A stretch of 64,000 nt of DNA from an uncultured Verrucomicrobiae bacterium (GTDB lineage Bacteria; Verrucomicrobiota; Verrucomicrobiia; Limisphaerales; Palsa-1400), in assembly GCA_963764165.1 (NCBI GenBank), contig CAVXRD010000002.1, positions 288,001 to 352,000 of the forward strand, written 5' to 3'. The notes under the pieces are model-generated. The model worked only from the letters and a program-made list of their open reading frames with translations, did no database searches and was not told the DNA's origin. Of the stretch, positions 11,126 to 20,771 are shown one piece after another (position 1 is the stretch's first letter; each line of letters opens with the position of its first letter). The translations under genes and the position numbers were made by a program.

Positions 11126-11222
11126 CCAATCAACCGAGCTGGGCGCTCGTTGATTTCGATAGATCACGACAAATAAGATGCATCTTCCTCGGGATGGAAC
11201 CCTCGCTGGATGCGAATTATTA

Positions 11223-11303
11223 TATAATCTCCAAAAAGCCGTTACACCCGTTACACCCGTTACACCCGTTACACCCGTTACACTGTTGATTGCCAGGCAT
11301 TTA
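11223..11303 (+). repeat. Dispersed GYWACA-box element, copy A (left boxes expanded to five 9-bp units, right array missing)
   Basis: TATAATCT CCAAAAAGC C (GTTACACCC)x4 GTTACA C TGTTGAT TGCCAGGCAT TTA; colinear with copies at 45959, 46134 and 54712. Confidence 0.8.
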
Positions 11304-11595
11304 ACCCGCTATGTCGGTTATCGAGGCGTTCCTTGCTGCGCACCTCGATTCCTCGTGTATGCCCTGGCGTGTAGTAAAATGTGCGAATGAGCCCAACGTT
11401 GGAAACGCCGCATTCGCGGCCAAGCGCAACCACTTGCTCCACCTCTTTGGGAGACAGCTTGCCTTCCTCAACGAATTCGGGCTGTAAGTCAGAAGGAGGC
11501 ACTGTCGCGCAAGCATCGAGAAAAAGAGTAACCGCCGAAATGGCAACAAGGAGAAAGTACTGGCTGACAATTCGTTTTTCACGCTGGCTCAGCAT
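11278..11595 (-). CDS. Hypothetical lipoprotein, probably 3'-truncated
   Basis: Signal peptide with lipobox-like LDAC; the last codons and stop come from repeat copy A. Confidence 0.45.
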   Translation of the reverse strand: MLSQREKRIVSQYFLLVAISAVTLFLDACATVPPSDLQPEFVEEGKLSPKEVEQVVALGRECGVSNVGLIRTFYYTPGHTRGIEVRSKERLDNRHSGLNAWQSTV

Positions 11596-11681
11596 AGCTA
11601 GGCGCGCCTCATTGGAAATACAATAGTTAGGCTTGCCGGAGTTTCGTCCCGTCGAGACATCGGCATATAATGAGCCATATT

Positions 11682-11697
11682 GTCACATATATGTGAC
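11682..11697. promoter_or_regulatory. Perfect 16-bp palindrome, candidate activator site upstream of the hsp20 operon
   Basis: GTCACATATATGTGAC, about 100 bp upstream of a sigma54-like promoter. Confidence 0.45.
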
Positions 11698-11796
11698 GCA
11701 TGATACGGGCCATTTTGTCCCTAGTTAAATAATCAGAGCGATGCTCGATTTCTTGCAAACAACTTATAACAAATCACTTACAACTATAGCACGATG

Positions 11797-11812
11797 TGGC
11801 ACGCCGTAGGCT
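11797..11812 (+). promoter_or_regulatory. Putative sigma54 (-24/-12) promoter of the hsp20 pair
   Basis: TGGCACGCCGTAGGCT: perfect TGGCACG and GG-N10-GC spacing. Confidence 0.55.
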
Positions 11813-11896
11813 ATATGGGAACCGTCTGATAAACTCAGACTGAGCAATTTAAAACAAAATTTGAAATTTGAAACAATTAAAAGAAAGGCAAATCCT

Positions 11897-12382
11897 ATGA
11901 CACTTACAAGATGGCAGCGCCCCGATTTTCGCAACCTTCACCCTCTCCGCCGCATGGCAAGTTTGCGGGATGAAGTCGATAATCTGTTCAGCTTGGCTTT
12001 CGGCCAGCTCAATGCAAACAACGAAAATGGCCAGGAATCCCAATTGCGGGAAGGCTGGTTCCCCGCCGTTGATGTCTACGAAGACAAAGATAACCTGCTG
12101 GTCAAAGCCGAGCTCCCGGGCCTGAAGAAGGAGGATATTGAAATCTCCCTTCACGACGGCTACCTGACGCTGTCCGGCGAGCGCAAGGAAGAGAGCCGCA
12201 AAAAGGATGGAGACGTCTACCGGTCTGAACGCTGGTCTGGGCGGTTCAGCCGCTCGATCAGCCTGCCCTTCCAGGTGCAGACGGACAAAATCACGGCCAA
12301 CTACACCGATGGCGTTTTGGCGGTGACACTGCCCAAAGCGGAGGAGGCGAAGCCGAAACAAATCCAGATTTCGGTGAAATAA
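11897..12382 (+). CDS. Hsp20/alpha-crystallin small heat shock protein
   Basis: PAVDVYE, AELPGLKKEDIEI, LTLSGER, YTDGVLAVTLPK. Confidence 0.95.
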   Translation: MTLTRWQRPDFRNLHPLRRMASLRDEVDNLFSLAFGQLNANNENGQESQLREGWFPAVDVYEDKDNLLVKAELPGLKKEDIEISLHDGYLTLSGERKEESRKKDGDVYRSERWSGRFSRSISLPFQVQTDKITANYTDGVLAVTLPKAEEAKPKQIQISVK

Positions 12383-12470
12383 CCCAGCGAAACCGGAACC
12401 AAAAAACGAAACAATCACCAAAATATTGAAATTGAAGGGCGAGCAAGCTTGCCCGCATGAAGGAAAAAAT

Positions 12471-12851
12471 ATGAATACCGCAATCCAACAAGAGGAACAA
12501 TCTGTTCGCCCGCAACCTGTGAATTCGGAGCGCCCGTACGTGTCGCCGCGCGTGAACATCGTCGAGAACAAGGACGGCTACTCGCTCGAAGCCGAAATGC
12601 CCGGCGTCAGCAAGGACGGCCTGGATATCAGCGTCGAGGAGAACGTGCTGACAATCACCGGACGGCGCCCGGCGGAACCGACCGCGACCTTGCTCTATCG
12701 CGAGTCGCGCCCGGCTGATTACCGCCGCGTGTTCGAACTGGATCCCTCCATCGACAGCGCGAAGATCAGCGCGCAGATCGAACAGGGCATTTTGACGCTG
12801 ACGCTGCCGAAAGCAGAGAGAGTCAAACCGCGCCGAATCGCAGTCAATTAA
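12471..12851 (+). CDS. Hsp20/alpha-crystallin small heat shock protein
   Basis: PRVNIVE, AEMPGVSKD, GILTLTLPKAE, KPRRIAV. Confidence 0.95.
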   Translation: MNTAIQQEEQSVRPQPVNSERPYVSPRVNIVENKDGYSLEAEMPGVSKDGLDISVEENVLTITGRRPAEPTATLLYRESRPADYRRVFELDPSIDSAKISAQIEQGILTLTLPKAERVKPRRIAVN

Positions 12852-12874
12852 AAGATTATCGCACTTGAGCAAGG

Positions 12875-12902
12875 GCCGGGTGGCGCGAGCCGCCCGGCTT
12901 TT
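12875..12902 (+). terminator. Rho-independent terminator after the hsp20 operon
   Basis: GCCGGGTGGC-GCGA-GCCGCCCGGC-TTTT, between convergent genes. Confidence 0.8.
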
Positions 12903-12918
12903 GCCTTTCTTTGTGAAA

Positions 12919-14160
12919 TCATGATTTCAGCCCTTTCAAGCCCGCATCCCATTTTTCGTTGGTCTTGATCATTTCGTCCCACGTCACTTCGGCGCGGCGA
13001 TAGGCGGCGGTGCGGCCAAGGATTGTCGTCAAATTGCTGCGGACGCTCGGGGCGACGGTTCCATTGGAATAATCGCTGGACGTGATGGCTTTGTGAAAGC
13101 TCGCGATATTATTGACAACGCCGTCCGTGAACAGATTCGCCATCGTCCCACCATTGAAGGCGTCGTTGCAGAGCACCTTCACCACGCCGAAATAATGCGT
13201 GTCAATAACACCTTCCAAGCCATACGCGCGGCACCCGATATCCTCCCACTGCTTGCCAATTTGTTTTGAGCTGAACGTCAGCCGGACGTCGTTCGGAAAT
13301 TCGTAAATCACGGAAAAATTATCCCACACACCGTTCGGAATCGCGGCGCGGACACGGCCTCCCGAGCCGACGGCCCGAAGCGGCGCGGCGTCGAGAACCC
13401 AGCACGCCACATCCAGCGCATGGATGTTTTGCTCGGTAATGATGTCGCCGGAAAGCGTGCGGTCGGCGCCCCAACCGCGCAACCGCGCCTCATCGTCGTT
13501 TGGATGCGCGCGAATATGCGCGTCCATTCCACCCCAGACATCGCCAGTTTGGTAGGCCGCCTCGGCGGAAACGATTTTTCCAATGCCGCCCGCATGCACG
13601 ATTCGCACCGCTTCCTGATAGGATGGATGCGCGCGGGTCTGGAAATCCACGAGGAAGACGAGCTTCTTTTCCGTCGCCTTTCGGCCCGCTTCCGCGACCG
13701 TCGTGCAGCCGGGGACATCGACCGCGACGGGCTTGGCGCAATACACATGCTTGCCCGCCTCAATTGCCGCCGCTGCGTGCTCGGGATGAAAATACGGCGT
13801 CGATTCGATGACAACCGCGTCGAGCTTTTGTTCGAGCAATTTTTCATATCCTGAAAGCCCGCTGAACCTCTGATTCGATTCCACTTTGAATTGATCGCCG
13901 GCTTCATTCACGCGATCTGGAAAATAATCCGCCAGCGCCACCAAATCATAATTGCCGTTTTTTCGGAAAAGATCGGCAATCCACTTCCCACGCCCGCCGC
14001 ATCCAACAAGGCCGATTTTTATTCGCGGCGCGGTTGAATCCTGCGCAGCAAGACTCGACGCCCCGGCAGCGAGTGACAACGCGGACGCGCCCGCGGTTGC
14101 CAAAAATTGCCTGCGCGATAAGTCCGAGCCGGTTGAAAGGGGCGGTGTTTTGCCGTTCAT
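12919..14160 (-). CDS. Gfo/Idh/MocA family oxidoreductase, Tat-exported
   Basis: LSRRQFL Tat motif, IGLVGCGGRG, HVYCAKPVA, EQNIHALD. Confidence 0.9.
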   Translation of the reverse strand: MNGKTPPLSTGSDLSRRQFLATAGASALSLAAGASSLAAQDSTAPRIKIGLVGCGGRGKWIADLFRKNGNYDLVALADYFPDRVNEAGDQFKVESNQRFSGLSGYEKLLEQKLDAVVIESTPYFHPEHAAAAIEAGKHVYCAKPVAVDVPGCTTVAEAGRKATEKKLVFLVDFQTRAHPSYQEAVRIVHAGGIGKIVSAEAAYQTGDVWGGMDAHIRAHPNDDEARLRGWGADRTLSGDIITEQNIHALDVACWVLDAAPLRAVGSGGRVRAAIPNGVWDNFSVIYEFPNDVRLTFSSKQIGKQWEDIGCRAYGLEGVIDTHYFGVVKVLCNDAFNGGTMANLFTDGVVNNIASFHKAITSSDYSNGTVAPSVRSNLTTILGRTAAYRRAEVTWDEMIKTNEKWDAGLKGLKS

Positions 14161-14164
14161 AAAG

Positions 14165-15043
14165 TCAGGTGAAATTTCCTTTCAAGTATTTCAGATCAGC
14201 CCGGTAGTCTTCAACCAAAGAATGCGGCGCGGCGGCCTCGATTTGAATCCAGCCGTGATAGTCGATATCGTCCATCGCCCCGCGGACCTTGCGGAAATCG
14301 ATTCGGCCTTGCCCGAGCATGAACCCAGCGTCCTTGGCGTGGAATTCGCAGATGTTGTTTTTCAACAATCGAATTTCCGCGCAAATGTCGTAACCCTTGT
14401 CGGTCGAATTTCCCACGTCGTAATAAACCTTCACCGCCGGAGAACCCACCCGCTGCAAAATATCGAGATTCTCCGGCGCGCTCAGATAATTCTCTAGGCC
14501 CAATATCACACCCGCTTTTTGCGCGCGCGGCGCGAGGTCTTTCAGCAATTCAACGGTGCGATCGGTCCCCTCTTTGTCGCCTTTCAATTCGCCGTGGAAG
14601 AACTGCGCCACGAGAATGACTTTGACCCCGAGCGCTTTTGCGACCTCGATGGAATCCAGCAGCCAAATCGATGCTCTTGGGTCGGATTTCAGAGGGATGT
14701 CGTTCAATTCGGCGAGGGCAAGTGACGCGATCTCCAATCCTGTCTTTTGCGCGGCATTCTTATACGCCTGCTGCACCTCGATTCGGCGCAGGTGCATGTT
14801 GTCAGCGCGGCTGCCCAGATTTAGTTGGACGCCGTCCAGCCCGATTTCCTTGGCGACGTCGAAGCAGGAAGGGTCGGATTTTCCAAGCGACCATTCGGGC
14901 GCGCCGATTTTGAATCGGCGCTCGCCCGCGAACAGCGGGGCAACCGCCGAGGCAAAAGCCAGCGACGCTGCCAGCTTCACTGAATTGCCAATCATCGCCC
15001 GCCGCGTCGTTTTTGAACAAACCTCGCTCACGGGCAAAATCAT
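14165..15043 (-). CDS. Sugar phosphate isomerase/epimerase (xylose-isomerase-like TIM barrel)
   Basis: TTRRAMI Tat-like motif, GLENY, YYDVGN, EFHAKD, GQGRIDF, WIQIE. Confidence 0.85.
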   Translation of the reverse strand: MILPVSEVCSKTTRRAMIGNSVKLAASLAFASAVAPLFAGERRFKIGAPEWSLGKSDPSCFDVAKEIGLDGVQLNLGSRADNMHLRRIEVQQAYKNAAQKTGLEIASLALAELNDIPLKSDPRASIWLLDSIEVAKALGVKVILVAQFFHGELKGDKEGTDRTVELLKDLAPRAQKAGVILGLENYLSAPENLDILQRVGSPAVKVYYDVGNSTDKGYDICAEIRLLKNNICEFHAKDAGFMLGQGRIDFRKVRGAMDDIDYHGWIQIEAAAPHSLVEDYRADLKYLKGNFT

Positions 15044-16240
15044 TTAGACCTCGAGGAGAATTCGCGCGGGATTCTCGATCATTTCCTTGATGCGCACGAG
15101 GAAAGTCACCGCCTCACGGCCATCGACGAGGCGATGGTCGTAGCTGAGCGCGACATACATCATCGGGCGAATCACCACCGCGCCCTCCACCGCCACCGGG
15201 CGTTGCTGGATGGTATGCATGCCAAGAATGCCGCTTTGGGGTGGATTGACAATCGGCGTGGAAAGCAGCGAGCCGTAGACGCCGCCATTGGTAATCGTGA
15301 ACGTGCCGCCTTGCAACTCGTCCGGCTTGAGCTTGTTGTCCTTGGCGCGCGTCGCGAAATCGGCGATGGCCTTCTCGACTTCCGCAAAACCGAGCTGCTC
15401 GGCGTTGCGCAAGACTGGCACGGCCAGGCCCTTGCCCGAGCCGATGGCGATGCCGATGTCAAAATAATTATGATATACAATGTCCTCACCCGAGAGCGAG
15501 GCGTTCAATTGCGGGATTCCCTTGAGCGCTTCAATGGAAGCCTTCACGAAAAAGGACATAAAGCCGAGTTTCACTTTATGCCTGGCGGTGAAGGCTTCCT
15601 GATGCGCCTGGCGCAAGGCCATCACGGCGGACATGTCAATTTCGTTGAACGTCGTCAGCATCGCCATCGTCTGCTGAGCCTCGACAAGGCGGCGGGCGAC
15701 GGTTCGGCGCAACGGTGTCATACGAACCACTTCGTCCTCGCGCCCGGGCGCCAGCGGCGTGCGGGCGGCGGGTCGGGGCGCGACTTCCAGCGCGGCGGGA
15801 GGCTGCGCGGGCGCGGCGGGTGTTTCTTTGACAGGCGCGGGAGCGGGCGTCGGCGTTTGCGCTGGAGTCGGGGCGGCCTCAGCAGCGGGAGCCGCGGGAG
15901 CTGGACTTGGCGCCGGGGCTGGAGCCGAAGATGGCGCCGCTGCCGGAGCGGGAGCCGCCTTTTCGGCTTTTTTCGCGGGGCGGGGATCTTCTTTCCCCTT
16001 CACGCCAGCTTCCAAATACCCAATCACTTCCCCAATCAGCGCCTTGTCGCCCTTTTTCTTCAAAATCTGGCTTATCGTCCCGGAAGCCGGAGCTGGCAAT
16101 TCCACCGTGGCCTTCTCCGATTCCAAAGCCACCACTGGCTCGTCTTTGTTGACAGAGTCGCCTGCGGATTTGAGCCATTGGCCGATTTCAATTTCGGTGA
16201 TCGATTCACCGACCGACGGAACTTTCAATTCAATTGCCAT
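15044..16240 (-). CDS. sucB: 2-oxoglutarate dehydrogenase E2, dihydrolipoamide succinyltransferase
   Basis: Lipoyl domain (LESEKAT), Ala/Pro linker, [22 protein letters not shown]. Confidence 0.95.
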   Translation of the reverse strand: MAIELKVPSVGESITEIEIGQWLKSAGDSVNKDEPVVALESEKATVELPAPASGTISQILKKKGDKALIGEVIGYLEAGVKGKEDPRPAKKAEKAAPAPAAAPSSAPAPAPSPAPAAPAAEAAPTPAQTPTPAPAPVKETPAAPAQPPAALEVAPRPAARTPLAPGREDEVVRMTPLRRTVARRLVEAQQTMAMLTTFNEIDMSAVMALRQAHQEAFTARHKVKLGFMSFFVKASIEALKGIPQLNASLSGEDIVYHNYFDIGIAIGSGKGLAVPVLRNAEQLGFAEVEKAIADFATRAKDNKLKPDELQGGTFTITNGGVYGSLLSTPIVNPPQSGILGMHTIQQRPVAVEGAVVIRPMMYVALSYDHRLVDGREAVTFLVRIKEMIENPARILLEV

Positions 16241-16273
16241 GAGAATTTGTCAAATATAAATTTTTTGTCCTAG

Positions 16274-16351
16274 GTAGGGACGCCTCGCCGAGGCGTCCGC
16301 GCCGTTGGCGATATTCACGCGCAACCGGACGCCTCGGCGAGGCGTCCCTAC
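16274..16351. repeat. REP doublet, family 1 (between sucA and sucB)
   Basis: GTAGGGACGCCTCGCCGAGGCGTCCG ... CGGACGCCTCGGCGAGGCGTCCCTAC. Confidence 0.9.
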
Positions 16352-16376
16352 CTTGAAAAGGTGATTGGCGGCGTTC

Positions 16377-19205
16377 TTACACATCGGCGAAAGCCTGCCC
16401 AATGAGAAATTTCTGCTCCCGCTTGTGGATGCGGGCCGAACCCGTCGCCGGGCTGGGCGAAGCCGGGCGGCGAATGCCCGCAAACGGGTATTTGCCGTAC
16501 AGCGTCTCGCCGAGATGCACACGCAGAAAACGCCACGCGCCCATGTTCTCCGGCTCTTCCTGCACCCACACGACGGGCGTGCCGGGCGCGTATTGTTCAA
16601 TCGCGGTTTGCAAAAGTTGATCCGGGAACGGATAAAGCTGCTCCAGCCGAATGATGGCGACGGAATCCAGCTTCAGCGCTTCGCGTTGCGCGGCCAGTTC
16701 GTGATAAATTTTTCCCGAGCACAAAAGAATGCGGCGCACTTTGGCGGGCTGGGTCACCGTGTCAGTCAGAATCCTCTGGAAGATTCCCTGTCCGCAATCC
16801 GCCAGAGTCGAGACTGCGCGCGGGTCGCGCAACATGCTCTTGGGCGTCATCACGATGAGCGGTTTGCGCCACTGGCGAATAACCTGCCGGCGCAAACAAT
16901 GAAAATACTGCGCTGGCGTGCTGGGCACGACGACTTGAATATTGTCCTCCGCGCCCATTTGCAGGAAACGTTCGAGGCGGGCGCTGGAATGCTCCGGCCC
17001 CTGCCCCTCGAATCCGTGCGGCAGCAGCATCACAATGCCGCTAAGACGGCTCCATTTGTCCTCCGCGCTGGCGATAAATTGATCGATGATGACTTGGGCG
17101 ACGTTGACGAAATCGCCAAATTGCGCTTCCCAGCAAATCAAGCCATCAGGGCAATCAAGGCTGTAGCCGTAATCAAAACCGAGCACCGCAACTTCGGAAA
17201 GTGGGCTGTTGATGATGTCCACCGGCGCTTGTCCGCCACCGAGATGGCGCAGCGGCACATAAGGCTCGCCGGTTTCGTAATCGTAAAGAACCGCATGGCG
17301 CTGGCTGAAGGTGCCGCGTCCGCAATCCTGTCCGCTCAGGCGAACTCGATGCCCTTCCGCGCTCAAACTGGCGAAGGCCAAAGCTTCGCCCGCCGCCCAA
17401 TCGAGCGGTTCCGCGCCCAGCGCCATCTGCCGCCGCGCCTCGATCAATTTCTTGATCTTTGGATGCGGGTGAAATGATTCCGGCAATTCGGTTTGCTTGA
17501 GGAGCCAAGCCGAAAGACGTTTCGGGTCTACGCCAGTCGGCTTTTCCTCAGTCTCGCCATCGGGGCCTCCCGTGAAGCTGCCGCGCGACCAAACGCCCTG
17601 CACTCTTTCGGCGGGCGGATGGAACGCTTCGTTTTGAGCCTGGGTCAATTCGCGCTCCAGCGCCTCGTGGCGCGTTTGGGAAATTTGTTCCGCCTCTTCG
17701 CGCGTCACTCCGCCCAGCGCCAGCAAATGATCGAGATAGCCTTCGCGCACCGGCTTGCGGCGCTGGATCGCCTTGTATAATACAGGCTGGGTGAAAGACG
17801 GCTCGTCGCCCTCGTTATGGCCGAGGCGGCGGTAGCCGAACATGTCAATGACAACGTCGCGATGAAATTTCTCGCGAAAATCCATCGCAAGGCGCACGAC
17901 TTGCGCAACTGCTTCGGGATCTTCGCCGTTGACGTGGAAAATCGGGATTTGCAGCATCCGCGCCACGTCCGTTGCGTAAGTGCATGAACGGGCTTCGGAC
18001 GGCGGCGTGGTGAAACCAATCTGATTGTTGACAATGACGTGAACCGTCCCGCCAACTCCGTAGCCGGGCAATTGGCTTAAATTCAGCGTCTCCTGCACCA
18101 CGCCTTCGCCCGCAAAACTGGCGTCGCCGTGAATCAGCAAAGCCATGCACGAGCCGGCGGCGGGTTCCTGCCCCGCTCCGCCTTGAGCGGCGCGCAAACG
18201 CTCCTGCTTGGCGCGGACGCGGCCTTGCACGACGGGGTTCACAAACTCCAGGTGGCTCGGATTGAAGCAAAGCGACAGATGGATATTTTTGCCCGCCGCC
18301 GTCTTTCGGTCATTGCTGTAACCGAGGTGATATTTCACATCGCCGTGGCCGCGGAAAAATTTCAGGTCGTCGGCAAACTCGCGGAAAATCTGCCGCGAAC
18401 TCTTTCCCAGAATATTCGCCAGCACATTGAGGCGCCCCCGATGGGCCATTCCCAGCACGATTTCCTTGACGCCCTGCTCCGCCGCTTTTTCAATGGCCAA
18501 ATCGAGCAGCGGAATCAAACTCTCGCAGCCTTCGAGCGAAAAACTTTTCGCGCCGACGAATTTTTTGCGGATGAACTCCTCGAACGTCACCGCGTCTGTC
18601 AAGCGCGTGAAAATGCGGATCTGCTCATCGCGCGTCAATTCGAGGCGGTTGCGCGTGCCCTCCATCCGCTCCTGCAGCCAGCGGCGAATGCCGAAATGAT
18701 CGATATGCATGTACTGCACGCCGATGGAGCGGCAATACGTATCCTTCAATTGCTCGAGAATCTGGCGGATGGTGAAAAGCCGGTTCGGCTGGATCGTTTC
18801 GCAGTGGATCGGGCGATCCATGTCGCCCTCGGAAAATCCAAAAAAGTCCAGCTCAAGCTCCGGCGGGACAGGCCGCGGCAGGCCGAGCGGATCGACATCG
18901 GCGATATTATGGCCGCGCACCCTGTAATGGCGCACGAGCCGGTAAACGCGATGCTGCAGCGCGGCGATCTTCGATTCGTCGAGCGTTTCAGTGGGCGTGA
19001 GCGTGCGCGGCTGCGTTCGGAAGAGCGTCGGCGGGCGGAACGACGGGCCCAAATGGACAGGCCCGGGCGCGTCCCCGTTGCGCATGTTCTCAAAGTATTG
19101 GCGCCATTCCGGGTCCAAAGACGCCGGGTCTCGGGTGAACTGGCAGTAAAGTTCCTCGATAAACGGCAGATTTCCTACGTTTGGTGCAACAGGCAACTGT
19201 TTCAT
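16377..19205 (-). CDS. sucA: 2-oxoglutarate dehydrogenase E1 component
   Basis: FSLEGCE, GMAHRGRLNVL, GDVKYHLG, NPSHLE, HGDASFAGEG, WEAQFGDF; start taken at MKQLPV. Confidence 0.95.
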   Translation of the reverse strand: MKQLPVAPNVGNLPFIEELYCQFTRDPASLDPEWRQYFENMRNGDAPGPVHLGPSFRPPTLFRTQPRTLTPTETLDESKIAALQHRVYRLVRHYRVRGHNIADVDPLGLPRPVPPELELDFFGFSEGDMDRPIHCETIQPNRLFTIRQILEQLKDTYCRSIGVQYMHIDHFGIRRWLQERMEGTRNRLELTRDEQIRIFTRLTDAVTFEEFIRKKFVGAKSFSLEGCESLIPLLDLAIEKAAEQGVKEIVLGMAHRGRLNVLANILGKSSRQIFREFADDLKFFRGHGDVKYHLGYSNDRKTAAGKNIHLSLCFNPSHLEFVNPVVQGRVRAKQERLRAAQGGAGQEPAAGSCMALLIHGDASFAGEGVVQETLNLSQLPGYGVGGTVHVIVNNQIGFTTPPSEARSCTYATDVARMLQIPIFHVNGEDPEAVAQVVRLAMDFREKFHRDVVIDMFGYRRLGHNEGDEPSFTQPVLYKAIQRRKPVREGYLDHLLALGGVTREEAEQISQTRHEALERELTQAQNEAFHPPAERVQGVWSRGSFTGGPDGETEEKPTGVDPKRLSAWLLKQTELPESFHPHPKIKKLIEARRQMALGAEPLDWAAGEALAFASLSAEGHRVRLSGQDCGRGTFSQRHAVLYDYETGEPYVPLRHLGGGQAPVDIINSPLSEVAVLGFDYGYSLDCPDGLICWEAQFGDFVNVAQVIIDQFIASAEDKWSRLSGIVMLLPHGFEGQGPEHSSARLERFLQMGAEDNIQVVVPSTPAQYFHCLRRQVIRQWRKPLIVMTPKSMLRDPRAVSTLADCGQGIFQRILTDTVTQPAKVRRILLCSGKIYHELAAQREALKLDSVAIIRLEQLYPFPDQLLQTAIEQYAPGTPVVWVQEEPENMGAWRFLRVHLGETLYGKYPFAGIRRPASPSPATGSARIHKREQKFLIGQAFADV

Positions 19206-19426
19206 TCTAATCGACCCACAGCTTACCGCTCCTCGCCGCTCTTGCAAGACGGTCTTTTTTTGGGGCCGGCAAGGGGACGCAACGCGGATTTCTCCAAAAT
19301 GCGGAAAGTTGAATCAGGGGCCACGAAGGGAAAAGGGACGGAAGCGGGTTGCACGACTCTTTTCCCAGTTCCTCGACAGTTCCGGCGATGCAGCATCGGC
19401 AAATTCGATTTTGTTCTCCGAGGAAA

Positions 19427-19528
19427 CTCTGCGCTCTCCGCGTCTCTGCGCGAGATTGCGTTTAAGACTGCTCTGCCACCAAATGCGATAAAAAGAATTC
19501 TCGCGCAGAGAAGATGAGTGCGCAGAGG
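19427..19528. repeat. Inverted pair of CTCTGCG-type short tandem units (REPIN-like)
   Basis: CTCTGCGCTCTCCGCGTCTCTGCGCGAGA ... TCTCGCGCAGAGAAGATGAGTGCGCAGAGG. Confidence 0.7.
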
Positions 19529-19544
19529 AACCCCGGAATTTGGG

Positions 19545-20033
19545 CTACTTTTCCTTCGTCAACACGTATTTGGACAATCCTTCCGCATCGAACGCGCTGG
19601 GAAATTCCTCTGAACCGGGCTGGCTGCCGGTTATGGTCAATTTGCCGTCCTCCAGTTTGTATATTGCGCAGGCTTTCTTGCCGACCAGGTCTTCGGAGGA
19701 ACTTTCCTTGATCATGCCAGCAAGCTGCTTCGGCTCCACATTCTCGCGCAGCGCAAATGTGCCCTTCACCCAGCCATTGTTGTCGGGAATGCGAAATTCC
19801 AGGTTCGAACCCGACAAGATCAACACAGCTTCAACATCGTGGCCGGGCGTTGTGTCGCGGCCCTTCCACGTCCCTTCGAGGGCCGTTGGTTTGCCAGCCG
19901 GCGCGGATTGCGCTCCAGGCTGCGGTGCGAGGTCGGGAACACTGGGAATGGAATCGGCCACAGTCTTGTGCGATGCGCATCCGCCCGCGAGCGCCGCAGC
20001 AACGAAAAGGACCGGTAAAATATATTTTCTCAT
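19545..20033 (-). CDS. TIGR03067-like domain lipoprotein
   Basis: Lipobox AGGC; LEGTW...GTFAL...PKQL...AIYKLEDGKLTI...PSAF. Confidence 0.75.
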   Translation of the reverse strand: MRKYILPVLFVAAALAGGCASHKTVADSIPSVPDLAPQPGAQSAPAGKPTALEGTWKGRDTTPGHDVEAVLILSGSNLEFRIPDNNGWVKGTFALRENVEPKQLAGMIKESSSEDLVGKKACAIYKLEDGKLTITGSQPGSEEFPSAFDAEGLSKYVLTKEK

Positions 20034-20215
20034 GTTCGTGCCCAATTATAGACACCGCTTGTGGGATTTCGTTCTGCGACGTGTTGAAAAACGTCGCAGG
20101 CACACCTTGGCCTGGGTGCTTCCGATTTTAAATTCCCAATCCGGCGGCGGCGCTCCGCTCATCCAACGGCTGCGAGCTCAGTTGCCTCCTGCATCGTGCA
20201 GGAACCGCCGAAAGG

Positions 20216-20521
20216 TTAGTCAGCTCGAGGCGCGGCAACGGTCGATTCAATGGGCGGAGCAATTACCTGAACGCCCGAGTCAACATCATTGTCATCGAAA
20301 GGGCCATAGAGAGCGCCAACACTCTTGATGTCCGGTGAAACAATACGGCCAGAGACATGCGCTTGAAGCGAGTTGGTCGCGTGGGGCGCCTGGTCGAGGC
20401 TCGAAATCTTCCGCTGCGCGTTGATGTATCCCGAGTTATTGAAGCACAACCAGCCAAGCAAGGCCACAGTCAACACGACGGCGACCTTCCATTGCCCATC
20501 TGATATATCGTGTTCGTTCAT
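20216..20521 (-). CDS. Hypothetical small membrane-anchored protein
   Basis: ATG start, one N-terminal hydrophobic segment (WKVAVVLTVALLGWLCF). Confidence 0.55.
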   Translation of the reverse strand: MNEHDISDGQWKVAVVLTVALLGWLCFNNSGYINAQRKISSLDQAPHATNSLQAHVSGRIVSPDIKSVGALYGPFDDNDVDSGVQVIAPPIESTVAAPRAD

Positions 20522-20687
20522 GTTACGTGTTATTTGAGGAACAAATGCATGTTCCCGTTCAAAATTATACTGACCCGTCTTTCATTCAAACCCCTATACG
20601 ATCGTCAGTGCAAAATCTTGCACGTCTTTTCTGACGGCGATAATCTCGGGGTATTCAACGGAAGTTCAGATTTCATTTGCGGCTGCA

Positions 20688-20759
20688 CCCATAACTCCCA
20701 TTAATCCCATTCTTCTCATCACTCCCATCGGAGGAATGGGAATAATGGGAGTTATGGGA
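20688..20759. repeat. Inverted array of 9-bp CCCATnnnT units
   Basis: CCCATAACT CCCATTAAT CCCATTCTT CTCATCACT CCCAT - CGGAGGA - ATGGGAATA ATGGGAGTT ATGGGA. Confidence 0.75.
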
Positions 20760-20771
20760 CGGCGGATTCTT

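Noticed and set aside
11241..11282. GTTACACCC tandem array and the 46192-46231 array as possible CRISPR
   Set aside because: Units are 9-12 bp with no unique spacers and no cas genes
15760..15980. Low-complexity GC-rich repeats within sucB
   Set aside because: Ordinary Ala/Pro linker of E2 subunits
20160..20222. attC-like sequence on the minus strand (GACTAAC ... CTGAGCTC ... GTTGGAT) after a small gene
   Set aside because: The left L box does not pair with the right one, there is no second site and no integrase; at most a decayed remnant
20522..20687. AT-rich leader with hairpin CGTCAG-TGCAA..TTGCA..CTGACG
   Set aside because: Single occurrence that matches no riboswitch I recognise
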